Below, piece by piece: positions 23,228 to 37,098 of a stretch of DNA of 64,000 nt. Numbering within the stretch: position 1 is the stretch's first letter; every line of letters begins with the position of its first letter. Below the pieces are notes generated by a model that did no database searches, was not told the origin of the DNA, and saw only the letters and a list, made by a program, of their open reading frames with translations. Made by a program: the position numbers and the translations under genes. Source of the stretch: Eledone cirrhosa (Eukaryota); assembly GCA_964016885.1 (NCBI GenBank), contig OZ024740.1, positions 117,242,001 to 117,306,000 on the forward strand, in the 5' to 3' direction.

Positions 23228-24858
23228 CTGAAAAAATAAAAATAAAAAAGATATTAATTTATGTATTTTAACTTTTCAATTATAGATTGACTGGCCAATA
23301 CTTTATATGCTGTGGGATAAAACGAAAAGGGAAATATGAATAACTATTTAAAAATTATTCTTGATACAACATATAGACAAATGTATCTTTCTTTGGCAAT
23401 GACCTTGCATAATGAATGTAAAATATTTACTGCGAAACACTGACACATTTCCTCTACTTCAAATGATAGCAGTAATGTTTATGGCAGAAATGCTTACTAT
23501 AGTATTTGTTGTTTTATCGTACAGTCTTTGTACTTTACACGATGAAATCCTAGCAATACAAATAGTATAAAAAGCAAAACGTTCAAAAGGTTTCTAGGTT
23601 GATCCTAATAATAAATCAACACCTCCAGCAATTTGAGAAATATAAAAATAAGTGCAGCCATAAATATTCGTAGGGCTAATAAACTATAACTCTTTAATAA
23701 CATTTCACTTCCCTATCCTTTGTTTACTTGTTTCGGGTTCATTAAAAAGAAGAAAAATAACGAAAGAAAAAAAGAACATTTGAAAACTAAGAGGAAATCA
23801 AACGAAAAGAAAAACATCATAGTGACACTAAAGATATTTCAAGTTTCGAACAGGCTGTTTTGTGAATTAGGGAACCTTAAAAGTCAAAAGTAAAATAATA
23901 ATAAATGAAATGAAATGTGGTGAGGGGGGTAGAGAGAGAGAGAGAGAGAGATAGAGAGAGAGAAGTAAGGCAGCGGAAAGAAGACGGGCTGTTTCTATAT
24001 TTTCGGTATGAATCACCCAAATGTCCCTCAAATCATGTATCCCGAAGCTTGTGTAAATATTTTAACAGACAAACCCACTGCCTTTAGTAAAAAGATACGA
24101 TGGTAAGTTCTGTAGCTGAGAAACATCATACGTTTGCAGTAGTGCTAGAAAAAACATGCGCTCTTTTGTCTGCTTACGCCACGGGAGAAGCTTCCACTCT
24201 AATGTGTTGTACAAACAGGATAGTGCGCGTGCGCAGTGAATTATTAGCTCCCTGCAAAAGAAAAATGTGGGGAAGGCAACCAGAAATGGTAAAGTTCTGA
24301 AGATTTTTAGTACCTGTAAGGGAAATATATTGCGATGGGTTGTTGACTGTATTTGGTAAGTATATACTAAAAGAAGGAAATCGAAAATTTTTGACCCTAC
24401 TACAAATATTTAGCTTCAATTTCAACTACAAATGTCCTATTTAATTCTATGACTATGCTGTAGTAAATTGTTGGGAGTTAATCATTACCAATTATAGATT
24501 TGAGTAGGTTTGTAATCTATTATTAATAAAGGTAATAACATTTAGTAGAAGTACAAACTATGCTATAAATCACAATTTATAAAATGTTTGAAGCGATAGT
24601 TCCTGTTTCAAGAAGGCATTGCATGATCACTTTCTATACTTGCGATCAGCTGATCATAAGTATGCATGTCTTACGTTATACTAAAGTATATTCAACCGTT
24701 CTCCCATCTCTCTCATGCTTTGCTTCCAAGTTGGTAGATGGGATCGCGTACCATTTTGCGTTTATTTTTCAAACATCGACCGTACGTAGCACTGAATTGT
24801 AATATTTGCTCACGATATGTGAATGCATGCTTCCTGGGACTTCGTATATCAAAATAAT

Positions 24859-25061
24859 GGCACAAGGCCAGCAATTCTGGGGGAGGGGAAAGCCGATTAA
24901 ATCGACCCCAGTGTGTGACTGGTACTTTATTTTATCGACTCCATAAGGATGAAAGGCAAAGTTAACTTCGACGGCATTTGAACTCATATCGTAAAGGGCC
25001 GTAACTCTATGTTGCAAACATGGCGCCCGACCGTCTACCGATACTGCCAATCCACCGCCCT
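24859..25061 (-). mobile_element. SINE, same family, full length
   Basis: Head, B-box and core all present. Confidence 0.85.
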
Positions 25062-25225
25062 CGTATGTCAAAATAATAATAATAAAAATATTAAATACTC
25101 AGCTATAGGAGAGTCTCATAGCCTAAAAAATATTTTTTTCTGTTGTTGATCGTTATTTCTATATAAATCCAAGTTAACAAAATTATTAAAAAAGGATTTG
25201 ACACATTTTTATTATGACAATAATA

Positions 25226-25444
25226 AGGGCGGTAGATTGGCAGGATCGATAGAGCGCCGGAAAAGATGCTTCACAGCATAGAGTTGCGGCCCTTGACGTT
25301 CCGAGTTCAAATCCCATCTAAGTTAGCTTTGCCTTTCGCCTTTCGGGGTCGTTAAAATATAGCAGCAGTAATGCATTGGCGTTGATTTAATCGACTTTCC
25401 CTCTCCATTAAATTGCTGGCCTTGTGCCTAAAGTAGAAACAATT
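25226..25444 (+). mobile_element. SINE, same family, full length
   Basis: agggcggtagattggcaggatcgatagagcgccgg...gagttcaaatccc...ggccttgtgcctaaagtagaaacaat. Confidence 0.85.
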
Positions 25445-26185
25445 CTTATGGCAATCATAAATATCTTTAGGGCAGCCAAGTTAATGGTGTGAAAGCAAGG
25501 ACGACTAAAACTAATATTTTCCATTGGAAATGTGGCTGGAGATCGGGTAATTAAAATATTTTCTTCGTTGAATTAATTTTTATCGTCATAGATTTATAAA
25601 ACAAATAGAGAATATGGGTTCCGAAAAGGCGGGGAGCGGCTCAGTGTGAAACGTTAAACTGACCGGATGCTGGATTAGCTGTTTAGTGGTTTTCGATTTT
25701 GAGTATCTAAGAAAACATTCCTAAATTATCGTCATGACTGAGATGAGTTCCCCTAACCATCTAGACTTCCCCAGATCTTGAAAAAACTAACTCTGATGAT
25801 GCAAAAACTTGAGAAATAGATGAGATATACTATATCCAATCTAAACTATAATAAAGAAAGGTCTGCAGGACTGCGTACGTTTTTTTTTTATCCCGTTAGT
25901 AAAATAAGTTGGATTACTTTGAATAAATAATGAATGAATATTACATAATTTATCTACTAAATTTCGTAAACAAAAATAATTTCGTAAAAATAAATAATTT
26001 AAAATTGACTTCTTTTCAAAGTTGCACTTCCGCTATATCGTTGCCACCATCACCACCACTTCAACTACCATATGTATAGAAAGAGTGTGTGATGTCAACA
26101 CTTCCGGTGGCGATCACTTAAATACTAATTTTCTGTCACTAATTTTCTCCTAATGCAGTTTATATATAATATTGTCTTTTTTTAA

Positions 26186-26374
26186 TGTATCATGGATTAC
26201 GTTACTGATTACATAAGACAGTGTAACAACGTCTTCGTTCAATTTCTGTTTATAATGTCAATTACGATTTTATTTGATGTATCATATCTACATGTATATA
26301 TACTTGCGTATAATATCAATATACACACTACACATGCTAACAGAAAACCACCCGAAAGGTGGTTTTTCTTCTAG
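26186..26374 (+). mobile_element. Helitron-like 3' terminus (copy 2)
   Basis: aaaaccacc-cgaaa-ggtggtttt hairpin, then tcttCTAG|t: the Helitron 3' signature (subterminal hairpin, CTRR, T target). Confidence 0.62.
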
Positions 26375-26389
26375 TAATAATAATAATGA

Positions 26390-26745
26390 TTTCTAATTTC
26401 GGAACAAGGCCAACAGTTTTAGGGGAGGGGGGGGGGGGGGGTCAATTAAATCGACCCCAGTGCATTAATGGTACTTTATTTTATCGACCCTGTAAGGATG
26501 AAAGACTAAGCTAACTTCAGCGGGATTTGAGCCCAAAACGTAAAGGGCCGTAACTATGACGCAAAGCATTTTGTCAGATGCTCTACCAATACTGCTAATC
26601 CACTGCCTATTATTATGATTAATGGATGGGCGTAGGCCTTAAGGGAGAAAGGCAAAGCTAACATCGCTGGGATTTGAACTCAGATCTTTAAAGAGCCGTA
26701 ACTCTCTGCCTCAAAACATGGTGTCCAACAGTCTACGGATACTTC
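26390..26745 (-). mobile_element. SINE (26390-26608) plus a second partial copy (26648-26745)
   Basis: Shared core and head sequences in both pieces. Confidence 0.8.
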
Positions 26746-26949
26746 CAAACAATGCAGACAAATTATTACTAATATCTCTGCTAACTTCAATGTCACTGGA
26801 TTCTAAAAAAAAAATGTAACATTTAATTGCCCAATAATGTTTTAGGTTCTCAAAAAATATTCTTAACATGATGGCACTCTTTTAAATGTTTGATAATAGA
26901 AGGCGAGTAAGCAGAGAGATCGGTCATTATTTACGGTGGATTGGCAGTA

Positions 26950-27110
26950 AGGGCGGTGGATTGGCTGTATCGGTAGAGGGTCGGACGCCATGCTTTGCAA
27001 CATAGAGTTACGGCCCTTTATGATCTGAGTTCAAATGCCGCCGAGGTTTAACTTTGCCTTTCATCCTTACGTGGTCGATAAAATAAAGTACCAGTCACGC
27101 ACTGGGGTCG
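26950..27110 (+). mobile_element. SINE, same family
   Basis: agggcggtggattggctgtatcggtagagggtcggacg...gagttcaaatgcc...gcctttcatccttacgtggtcgataaaataaagtaccag; head partly duplicated at 26934-26949. Confidence 0.85.
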
Positions 27111-28394
27111 CTTATAAGAAACCATTATTTATGTGTGTATATGAAATCACGAGACGTTGCTCACATGTATGTCATACTCAGAGTTGTTAAATGTTAAAGT
27201 GAGCAGTTGATCCAAGATTGAAACTTTCTAAGGAGTGTTGATTGATTAGAATAGTGTAAATCTAACCTTTGGCATTATAACGTACTTTGAGTTAACTTTA
27301 TATTTTCTTCCCCTCAAACTATCAAAACACATATATTTGTATATGTTCCAATTTATGTGCATGATATATTTATCGCATATCAAATTTTTATTTTATATCT
27401 TAGTTGATATTTTATAATAACAGCTAAACTAATCACTACAACTAAATTTAATAAATTTGCACCCTACCCCAATTCAGAAATGCTTCCACGACCCCTGACA
27501 ATACTTCTACGCATGCTTTTGCTGCTATTAATAAAATAAAAAATGAAGTAGCTTTACATGAGAGCCTTTATTTTACAGCTGGAATTTTAAATCAATAGAC
27601 AAAACAACTGTGCACGGTCCTGTTAACAGAACCTACGAAGCTAGTCCGAAATGAAAATATATCAAATTCCAAAACTTAATTTAAATTTTTGTTTCATTTT
27701 TTCTTTCTTTTTTTCAGTTAACACAAAAAAAGAATTTCTAGAGTAGGGGGAAAGTGGCGGATTCGATTAAAAAGAAAAAATAAACAAAATAAAATTTATG
27801 TGGTCGTTACAGATTCACATCACGTAGAAAAGAACGAACCTGTAGTTTTCGAAATCGCAAGAGACCTGACAAGACCTGTCTTAGCAATATCTTCTTGAAG
27901 AGAATGTTTATAAAACAACTTTTATGATTTTCAGTGATTATATATTTCCCTTGTCGCAAAACCAAGATCCATTACAAAACAATCCGTCGATTCTCTTAAA
28001 ATAATTTGTTTACAGTAAGACAACCAACCCAGCCATATGTTCTATCGACGTCAAGAGAATGGGAATTAAATTCCGCAAAATATATGGTTTTGATTGTTTA
28101 TTTTGGTATTTTTAAAAGCATATTAGTTTCTGAAAAATATTTAGGATTTTGCGGGAATAATGGTGATAGATATTAATTTTGTTTTTAGTTACATATTAAG
28201 ACACGTCCTCTTATATGCTTTCATAACGGAAATTGATCTGTGCGCCATTTTTCTCTTCAGTGTTTCAACCAAAGACCAAAAGATCTAATAGGTTAATGAT
28301 GTTAATTTCCCTCCGAAATTAAACGCTTTAATTTCATGAAGGAAGAATAGAAAGATCACTATACGTACAGAATGTTTATACAAACACATACATC

Positions 28395-28900
28395 TGGTCA
28401 TCTGTTTCCCCCAGTCCCATAACAATGGGCCTCTGTGCTCTTCCATCTTGCTCTATCTTTAGCAAGGTTTGGTGCTTGAAACCAGTTTGTATCGCCTCTG
28501 CGCAAATTAGGGTGGATCTCCAGATCTTATTTGGCCTACCCTTTGGTCTCTTCCTACCAGCTGGCAACAAGGACATTGCAATTCTTGCATCCCATTCGTA
28601 GGACATGCCTGGTTAGCTGCATTCCTCTGCTCTTGAAGACAAGATTCGGGCCTGTGGCATTGGCTCTTCGAAGCATTTCTTCATTTGTGATCTTGTCTTG
28701 TCATCTAATGCCCAAGATCTTTCCGAGAAATATTTTTTTGGAAGTATCAAACTGTTTCGGTTCTGGCAGTACTCTTCTATGTGTCAGCAACATAGGTTGT
28801 TGTTGAGATAACAATTGACCAGAATAACGTCAATTTAATTTGTGATTTTAGCTTCTTTGATTGCCATTTTGGTTGAAGTTTGCTGAATACTCCAACACCT
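28395..28900 (-). mobile_element. RTE-like LINE 3' fragment (different family)
   Basis: ORF 28376-28606 contains RIAMSLLPAGRKRPKGRPNKIWRSTL, resembling the RTE C-terminal G.R..GRP...W motif. Confidence 0.65.
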
Positions 28901-29144
28901 TTGGCTCTCCTGTTTTAATGCAGCTCGTATTAAATATGCTAATATTAAATTCACTATTTTACAACGGCAACAAATGTACAATCGTATCGTTTTATTTGGT
29001 GATTTATGTCGTCACTATTTTTGCAAGTACGGCGATGACCACGCTTCTTTGCTGTTGAGGTTAGAATAATTCCGGAACATGTCAATATTTTCCCCTAAAC
29101 ATGGCATCATTGGCTAATCTTTGTGCATGTGCGTAAGTATGTGC

Positions 29145-29195
<51 letters not shown>

Positions 29196-32100
29196 CATAG
29201 AATTTAACGCCTGAAATAGAAATGCGTTTGAAAAACAACCTCATCAAATGCCTGCACATTATTAGGCTAGAAAAATAAATACAGCTTTTTATAGACTAAT
29301 TAACAGATAATTAACCTCACGTTTGAATACATTTTCTCTTTCTTAGTTCTAGCGTGACTATTAATGTTGTTAACTGTGTGGCTGCAGCGGTGAGGGTAGT
29401 AAGCACAATCACCATATTTTATTCGAACAAAAACACATTCCAAATATTTAAATACAGAAAGTTTAGTGTCTTGTTTTCTAGTTACTATGGCGGAGGTTAA
29501 AATTGTTATTGACTGGATGTCACGACATATTTAATTCCCCGTACATATGCATGAATGCTGAGAGAGAGAGAGAGGGGGTGGGGGGTGGAGAGAACTATAT
29601 AAGTACATATCGATGTACATATGTTTGAGTGCGTGTGTTCAAAGCTGAGTCTGTTTCATTCACTACTCGAAGTATCCCGTTCTCGAACCCCAGGCGACAA
29701 GATATTTTTTAAAAAAATCCTAGAAACAACTCAAACAGACTCCGACTTGAATAAATATTTTTCTGCTCTACCCAACCGTATTAAGCACGTTCTTTCGCTG
29801 AAATGCATTTCACAACAACATGTCATCTCCAATGATCGTGTGTGTGCGTGTGCATATATGTAAGGGGAGTGAAGTGTAGGATAATAATATATCTATATAT
29901 ACATGCAAACAGAACATATTATATATACTCTGTACAGTCCACATTATACAGAGCGACATGGCGTGCGTGCACATACACAATGAAAGCTTTTATTAGAGAA
30001 GTACAGGAAAATTGGGAGAAATATAATATGAAGACGAACAAGATAGTTGTTGTTTATATATTACGTAAAATACGTCAACTTATTTGTCTGAGAATTCATG
30101 CCTCGGGTAAAAAGCTATTTTTATTGAAGTGAGTAGCATGGTCTGCGAGCAGAATTATTTTAAACATAGTCATCATGGTTTCGATTTCCTATGGGAGGCT
30201 CATTCGCTTCAGCTACTATTTTTTTTTTGTACAAATATATTTCTACCTTTTATTCATGCTGATCAACACTGTTTTATTACTATTTTTAGTCACATACTAT
30301 TTTGATTTATAAAGCTGTTTAAACAAAAACAAAACACACTATTAAAGAGAACAAAGAAAAAAGAGATAAAAAAAGAAAATAATGAAGGAACGAAGGAAAG
30401 GAAGATGGGGTGGGGGGAAAGACACTAGAGCCAAGTCTGAGTGGTGCCTCAGCTGTGCCCCACAGACAAAATGGTAAAGGCGATATCGTGGAGAATGTCC
30501 AGACACACCCGCTGCAACAACCCGCTCCACCTTATGGGACTCCTTCCTCAAGTGGGCCGCTGTCTTTCCGATTTTACAGAGGAAACCAGTGGTGCGGCGA
30601 CCGAGGACCACAACAAAGCAGAAGTGCTTGGTCACGCCCCGTTATAAGTTTCCTTTTCGCTTCCGGATTCGTCTTTATGTATTCAAACTATATTTATTTT
30701 AATGACTTCAATAATAACATGACGAACAAGATATTTCACTGAATCTAAATTCAGTACCATAAATACCAGCAACATATATTCGCATCGGTTACTTTATATA
30801 TTTATCGTTACAGAAATGGGTCTACATTGGAGCACACACATGTACTACTTATAGTCACGTGATATAGTTCACATAATATATTAGAAAACTCTATGAACGT
30901 CATATCTCATTACTATAAATATGAAAATGATTCGAAGTTGGCTGTGTTGATGTATATTTTGGTTGATTTTCTCTTGCCCCGCAGCATTCCCTGGCTCAAA
31001 ATCTATAAATATGTAAAACGAAGTAAGGCTAAATTTGCTGGTTACTCCCAAGACAGTTCTGATTGAGTAAGCCTATGATCAAAAGCATACTAGTCCTTCC
31101 ATTTTTTATATTGTTTCTTAAAATTGGCTAAATGCTAAATATTTATAGAGAGTACTAGTATAGTCAGGGCTGGTGCTATCATTAAGCCTACTAGGCAGCC
31201 GCCTAGGGTGCAGATCTCAGAAACGTGCATTACTAAAATATAAATGATCACAAATGTATGCAATTGTTATAATTAACTTAAATATATAATAAATTCCAGT
31301 CACTTATAGATCACTAAATTTCTTTGCCGTGTAGCATCGTTGTCGAAATATCCAAAAAACTGGAGACGTTCATATATTGGTATAATTTGCCTCATGATTT
31401 AGCCTGGATGGGTGTGGACTGTGTAGTAGAAAATTCTGGCTTAGTAATTGGTTTTAGTCTGATCAACACAAGATTGTGCCAAAAACTAGGTTTTGTCGGC
31501 TTCCAAAATTGTAAGTTGAAATTATTTTCTTTGGGAGAATGGGACACACAGTTGAGAGCCGAATACGCACGTTGTATAGTCGTCTGTATCCATTCAAGTT
31601 GATTTCGACGGAGTTTGTATTCTGTACGTAAAAGGAGACACAACGAAATGTAAGTAATTTAGTACGTTTCTGGAACTTCATTGTCATTATATCGTACTAA
31701 ATCGCGAGACAACACACTTTGACTAATAACCTGAAAGACAGTCAAACCCGAGGGACATTTGAATTTAGAACATTACTAAAGGATATGTAATACGACTATA
31801 TTATAACATTTCTGCTATCTTAATGGTAACTAGGGGACAACTGCTCGATAATATCAGAGTTAGCTCCTTTATGATAAGGATACATATCTCACTTTATAAG
31901 GATTAGAAACACTGGAGAAATAGGTGAAGTTAGGGCATTCAGTAGATGGGGCAATTGTTAAGTTAGGTTGTCAAAGAAAAGCGGTGAGGTTATGAAGGTT
32001 TAGGCAAAACTGCTTTGATAGATTAGTAAAGTAATACCGGTGGAAAAAAAGTGAATAGGTTAAGGGGTTTATACGGGAAGTACTCAAGGAAATAGCCGCA

Positions 32101-35100
32101 GTGAATGTTATAAAGAGAGGGGTGTGGGTTGCGGGTAGGAAATTTCGGAGAGACGTGATTGGCGCGAGATGTGACGTGAAGTATGAGTCATTAAGCCGAG
32201 GAGGTTAGTGTCAGTTAACCAATCGTTTTTCAGTGTAGAGTTTTAAACTCAATATTAACAATTTCAGCTATAGATACGTGTAGTAATTTTGTTGAAACTA
32301 ATGTTATTGCATGTGCAGGGATTATATAGGACTATAAGTAGGTCATCGCCATCTTGTGTAGGACATTTTATATTATAAAGTAATAGGTACAGAAAAGGTT
32401 GGGTAGGTTGAAAAGGGCAGATACAGGAAGAGAGTGAAACAGTGTAATCGGAGAGAAGAGATTTTAAAATCTATTTGCTAAGCTTAAGTGAAAATTAGCG
32501 GGGCGCCAGTGTTATATTTAAACTTAAACCTATCCCTTTCGTCTCAATTATGGGCCAGGCCCGAATTTTGTTTGATATACGATTGTGTAACATTTATGCA
32601 TTTCAATGATATTAATGACGTCAGTGAAATATCTAACCACAAGAATTCACACTAGATCTTGGTTCCGGTTAACTGAGGAATTACCTCTGCGGTACTCGCC
32701 ACTCCTCGTTGAATCCTTATAACTATTGCAGGGAAATTTTAGTTGAAATGAACTTCCGGTAAACTAAGTGTATGACCTGTTATTAATTTGCAACCGAAGC
32801 CATTTCACTTCACGTATGCTCCCAATGCCGATGAATAAAATACTAAAACATGACCATACATAATCTCAACCCTATTCACGAAAAATTTATGGCTTTCCTT
32901 CTGTGTAATAGATAAATAAGTAAAATGTTTCTTATATGTTTTCTAATTGAGCTATACATATGGGCCCGAGATAATCATTTGTTTCGTTTAGCTGTTGTAT
33001 AGGGGACACAGTATATCGTTTATTTCAATTATTGTTGATATCAATTCATTTTAGAGAAGATAGTATATGTCTTTAGACACGCAAGAAGTAAATCTTACGG
33101 TTTTCACACGGATATTTCAGTATCCTGTTTCATTTCCCGGTTTATTGTCAAACAGGAACATTATACTAAAGTTAGTAGATCCCCTGGAGAGTTACAGCTG
33201 ACATAAATTGAGAAAGTTATTTTGGTGTGGGTGGATGTTCCAAACCAGAAGTATATGCACACGTACACATGAATGTGTGCGTGTGCGCATGCGTATATAT
33301 ATTTATATATAGAAAAGGCATAAACAATACATCCCATTTTCTCTTCCCTTTAAAATCGATGATTTCATATTGATATTTTGTCCTTATATAGCTCATTGGA
33401 GTATCATAACTGATAGATCACCGTGTGAAATCATTACATCTCTTGGAAATCTGTGTTCAAATTTCTCTAAAGTTCAGCTTTGCATTTTATCATTCCGGGA
33501 TCGATACATTTTAGGAGCCAGGCCGCTTCCTCACCCCAAAACTTTGTAGAAATAATTACTCCTGTGTAGAAATAATTACTATCATTAGTCAAATAATACA
33601 AGAATCGATTTAATCGACTAGACCTCTCTAACAAATGTTGCGTTATAACTAAATGGAAACCCATTATTATTAAGGAATTCAATCAACTCTACATCTTTCC
33701 TGAATACTGGTTGGCATATTTTGTCAAAAATAGAACATGTTTCTTTTATTTCTTTATTACTTTTATGAAAAAAGTGTTTATTTTAATATATACACAATTT
33801 TGAAATTGGAGCTAATCTGAATTTAAAAACGATTATTGTTTGAAATGTTGTGGTTACATATTGTAGTCGCTTCGCAAGCTGTTGATTCTTTGACTTGTGG
33901 TTGATGTAAGCTACCAGAATCCTTGATAACAACCAGTCATGGAGCCGACTAGATAATACAATGTTATCTGAGAGTGAGGTTTTACAGTATGGGCTGGCTA
34001 TCTGAGAAAGATAATAAGAACAAAGCTCCGTTGGTGATGAACGTATGTGTATATGGGTAGAGGTAAATTGATAAAAATTTATTATATCTCTAATAAAAAT
34101 TAATCTGTAATAGAGTATTATAGTCGGTTGATGCGGCTCTAGTATTTTACTGGTACATATTTTAATGACGCCAGTGGAATATAAAGTTAAATAAGAATCG
34201 AAATAAAAATTATATTATGTATTCAGGCATCTTACTATCTTGACTGTTAACATAATCCGCCAATATTCTTTAGAGTGTGGTTCTAAATTTAGCATTTTTC
34301 AAACCTATTTGTATATATAAGTTATATCTTAAATACACTCGTTTTGATTTTGTCAAACCCTAGTTAAGTGTGATTTAAAACAGAAGACTGACACTAAATT
34401 TGAAAAATCTAAAATGTTGACAATTTATAAATTAAGAGATACAATTTAATTAGAATAGTTTTGCAATTCTATTTATATTCACATAGAATTCACATATATA
34501 CAAAACGGCACTATTTCATACCTATCTTTCTTAGTCTAAGTGTTTACCTATCGCCTAAAAACATATGCACATATCTACCTAACATTAGCAGCAAGGGAAT
34601 GTTTCCATACTCAGATAAAGCGATATTGAACAAAACTGCTGCATACAACAGAACATTGCATTGTATTCACTTCTCAGAGAAAATCATATACTCATGTAGA
34701 GCAGCATTAGCTGGTATGCCTTCATATGATACCAGTATAAAAAAAACGGTGTTGCAAATGAATTACCTTTCATTCATGAGAAATCATCGAGCAACGTTAA
34801 GGGGAGTTTAAACTGTGTGGGGAACATGGTCAGTATCACAAATTCAGAATAATTGTTGCTTTTGGCAACATCACCGGATAGAATAGGCAAAACGTATCTA
34901 CCGCAACATAGGTCAAATGTCTTGAAAAAAGAAAAAGTAGAATACCATACATGCATATTCTCTAAAAATGTCTCATCGTGATGTATAAGGCAAAGAGTAC
35001 CTCCTGCATAAAATAATAGCTCATTTCGCCACTATCCGAAACATCAAAAGCACTATCCTATCCAAATACATTTGAAAATGAAAGGATGCAGATGTTAATA

Positions 35101-35239
35101 TGAACTATTCTATATAGAACATCAGTATACAGAAACGGATCCAATGTTACAAACTTCTTTATTACAGAGAAACTTCAAATCAACTGCCATACTGCCACAT
35201 TTGCAGCAAAAAAGCAAATCCCATCTCAAATTGTTGCTA

Positions 35240-35596
35240 TATGCAAAGGTCGGCTGAAAAGGATACTCTTATGGAATGTGACTAAATGAGGTTTATTTTT
35301 AAACATAGTCCCCCTAGCGGTCCACACACGTCTCCAATCGATGTTGCAGTGCTTGGATCTCGTCGGTGGAGAAGTTTTAATCCTGTTGATAAAAAAACAT
35401 CATCAACAGCTGATTTTCAAGAGAAGTCGCTACTAGTTACTTTTGAAGTCTTCTTTGAACAGTCAGATGTCAGTTTACCTGAAGAGAAACAACGCAGTTA
35501 TTAATAAGAAGAGATGGAATTATTGTATGCAATATTTCATAGCTTTAGCATCACTCTTTCATAGTCAGTCTATGAACGTCTCAACCCACTCTTGTA
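35240..35596 (-). mobile_element. Internally deleted mariner remnant
   Basis: Minus strand near 35298-35343 encodes HRLETCVDR*GDYV*, like the mariner transposase C-terminus (RW.KCV...GDY.E); degenerate TIRs (about 12/18) and TA at the ends. Confidence 0.6.
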
Positions 35597-35960
35597 CAAA
35601 CATTCCTGCTTATATTTTAAAAACAGGCAGATTCAAGTCTGGATTACTGGAGTAAAAGAATGGATAATATCATCAATGCGATAAGCCAAATGTTTAACTA
35701 CACTACACTACATACTATATGATGAAACTTGATGGTGTCTGTCAAAAGGTGCACACATAGCCGTCGGCAATTTTAACCACGTGATTTACTTCAAAATAAA
35801 ACTGCCTAGAACCCGAACGCCATTAAGACTGAAGTAGGAGTAAAGTCTTTGAGAATGTTGAATTAATTCAAATACAAATTCTACACATCGAACGCATACG
35901 AAGGGAAGAAACTTGAAAGATATTGCATACAAATATACTTCGTGAGATCTCGAGTAAAAT

Positions 35961-36060
<100 letters not shown>

Positions 36061-36182
36061 GGAGGTGAGTTTTATTGTAGTACAATAAAGCAATGCAGAT
36101 ATCGGATAAGAAGCACTCTACAGTTTGTGGGACTGGAGTATGCATAATATAAGATCAAAAGATGGTTAAAGGAGTTCCATAT

Positions 36183-36251
36183 ATTTTATTATGTGCATTT
36201 CAAAAACAAACATTATCATGCAATAATATTTGTGTTTTCATCAGATAAAAC
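36183..36251 (-). ncRNA. Minimal type I hammerhead ribozyme (same family as 9150-9218), left arm of palindrome
   Basis: Reverse complement GTTTTAT-CTGATGA...GAAA-TGCACA-TA-ATAAAAT. Confidence 0.72.
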
Positions 36252-36371
36252 AGGAGAACATGATATGAAGGCTAAAAAATACTTGTGGATAGTGCAGTTT
36301 TAAATCAACATATGTTGATTTAAAACTGCACTATCCACAAGTATTTTTTAGCCTTCATATCATGTTCTCCT

Positions 36372-36443
36372 GTTTTATCTGATGAAAACACAAATATTAT
36401 TGCATGATGATGATGTTTGTTTTTGAAATGCACATAATAAAAT
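36372..36443 (+). ncRNA. Minimal type I hammerhead ribozyme, right arm of palindrome
   Basis: GTTTTAT-CTGATGA(36379-36385)...GAAA(36425-36428)-TGCACA-TA-ATAAAAT. Confidence 0.72.
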
Positions 36444-36474
36444 ATATGGAACTCCTTTAACCATCTTTTGATCT

Positions 36475-36570
<96 letters not shown>

Positions 36571-36617
36571 AGTGGGTGTAACGCGAAGTCACTGTATTCT
36601 GTCATTACTACTACGAA

Positions 36618-36702
36618 GGTCCGACGGGTTTTTGATTCCAGAGTCGGGTCAGATCGCTACAGATCGAACCATGAGCTGATCAGTAGCGAAACGCGCGTCA
36701 CA
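36618..36702 (+). ncRNA. Decayed hammerhead, homolog of 5910-5994
   Basis: Shares ggtcagatcg.tacagatcgaac..tgagctg.tcagt.gcgaaacgc.cgtcac and downstream aataaacgtaatgaagga with the 5.9-kb copy; core CTGATGA has decayed to CCGACGG. Confidence 0.6.
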
Positions 36703-36741
36703 AACCAATAAACGTAATGAAGGAATAACGATTCGATGTTG

Positions 36742-36859
<118 letters not shown>

Positions 36860-37059
36860 GAATAGAAATATAGATTATGACAACGAAAATGTAAATTTCA
36901 AGAAGACAATATTTAAATTCTTAGTCTGCTTAATCTCGTATAATCTTGCATGTCTTGCACACATCCAAGAATTTCTCGATATTCGGAAAGTAATCTTTAT
37001 ATAACTAAGCACGGTAAATGATTTATTTAGTAGCTAAGATAAAGTGCAACGACGCTTCA

Positions 37060-37098
<39 letters not shown>

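Noticed and set aside
31165-31220. Single DNA-transposon-like termini (cagggctggtgct..., also cagaggttctcaaa at about 56522)
   Set aside because: No partner TIR or TSD found, so element boundaries cannot be supported.
36618-36630. CTGATGA-to-CCGACGG change as an ADAR editing footprint
   Set aside because: Mix of T-to-C and A-to-G on one strand fits ordinary transitions, not strand-specific editing.
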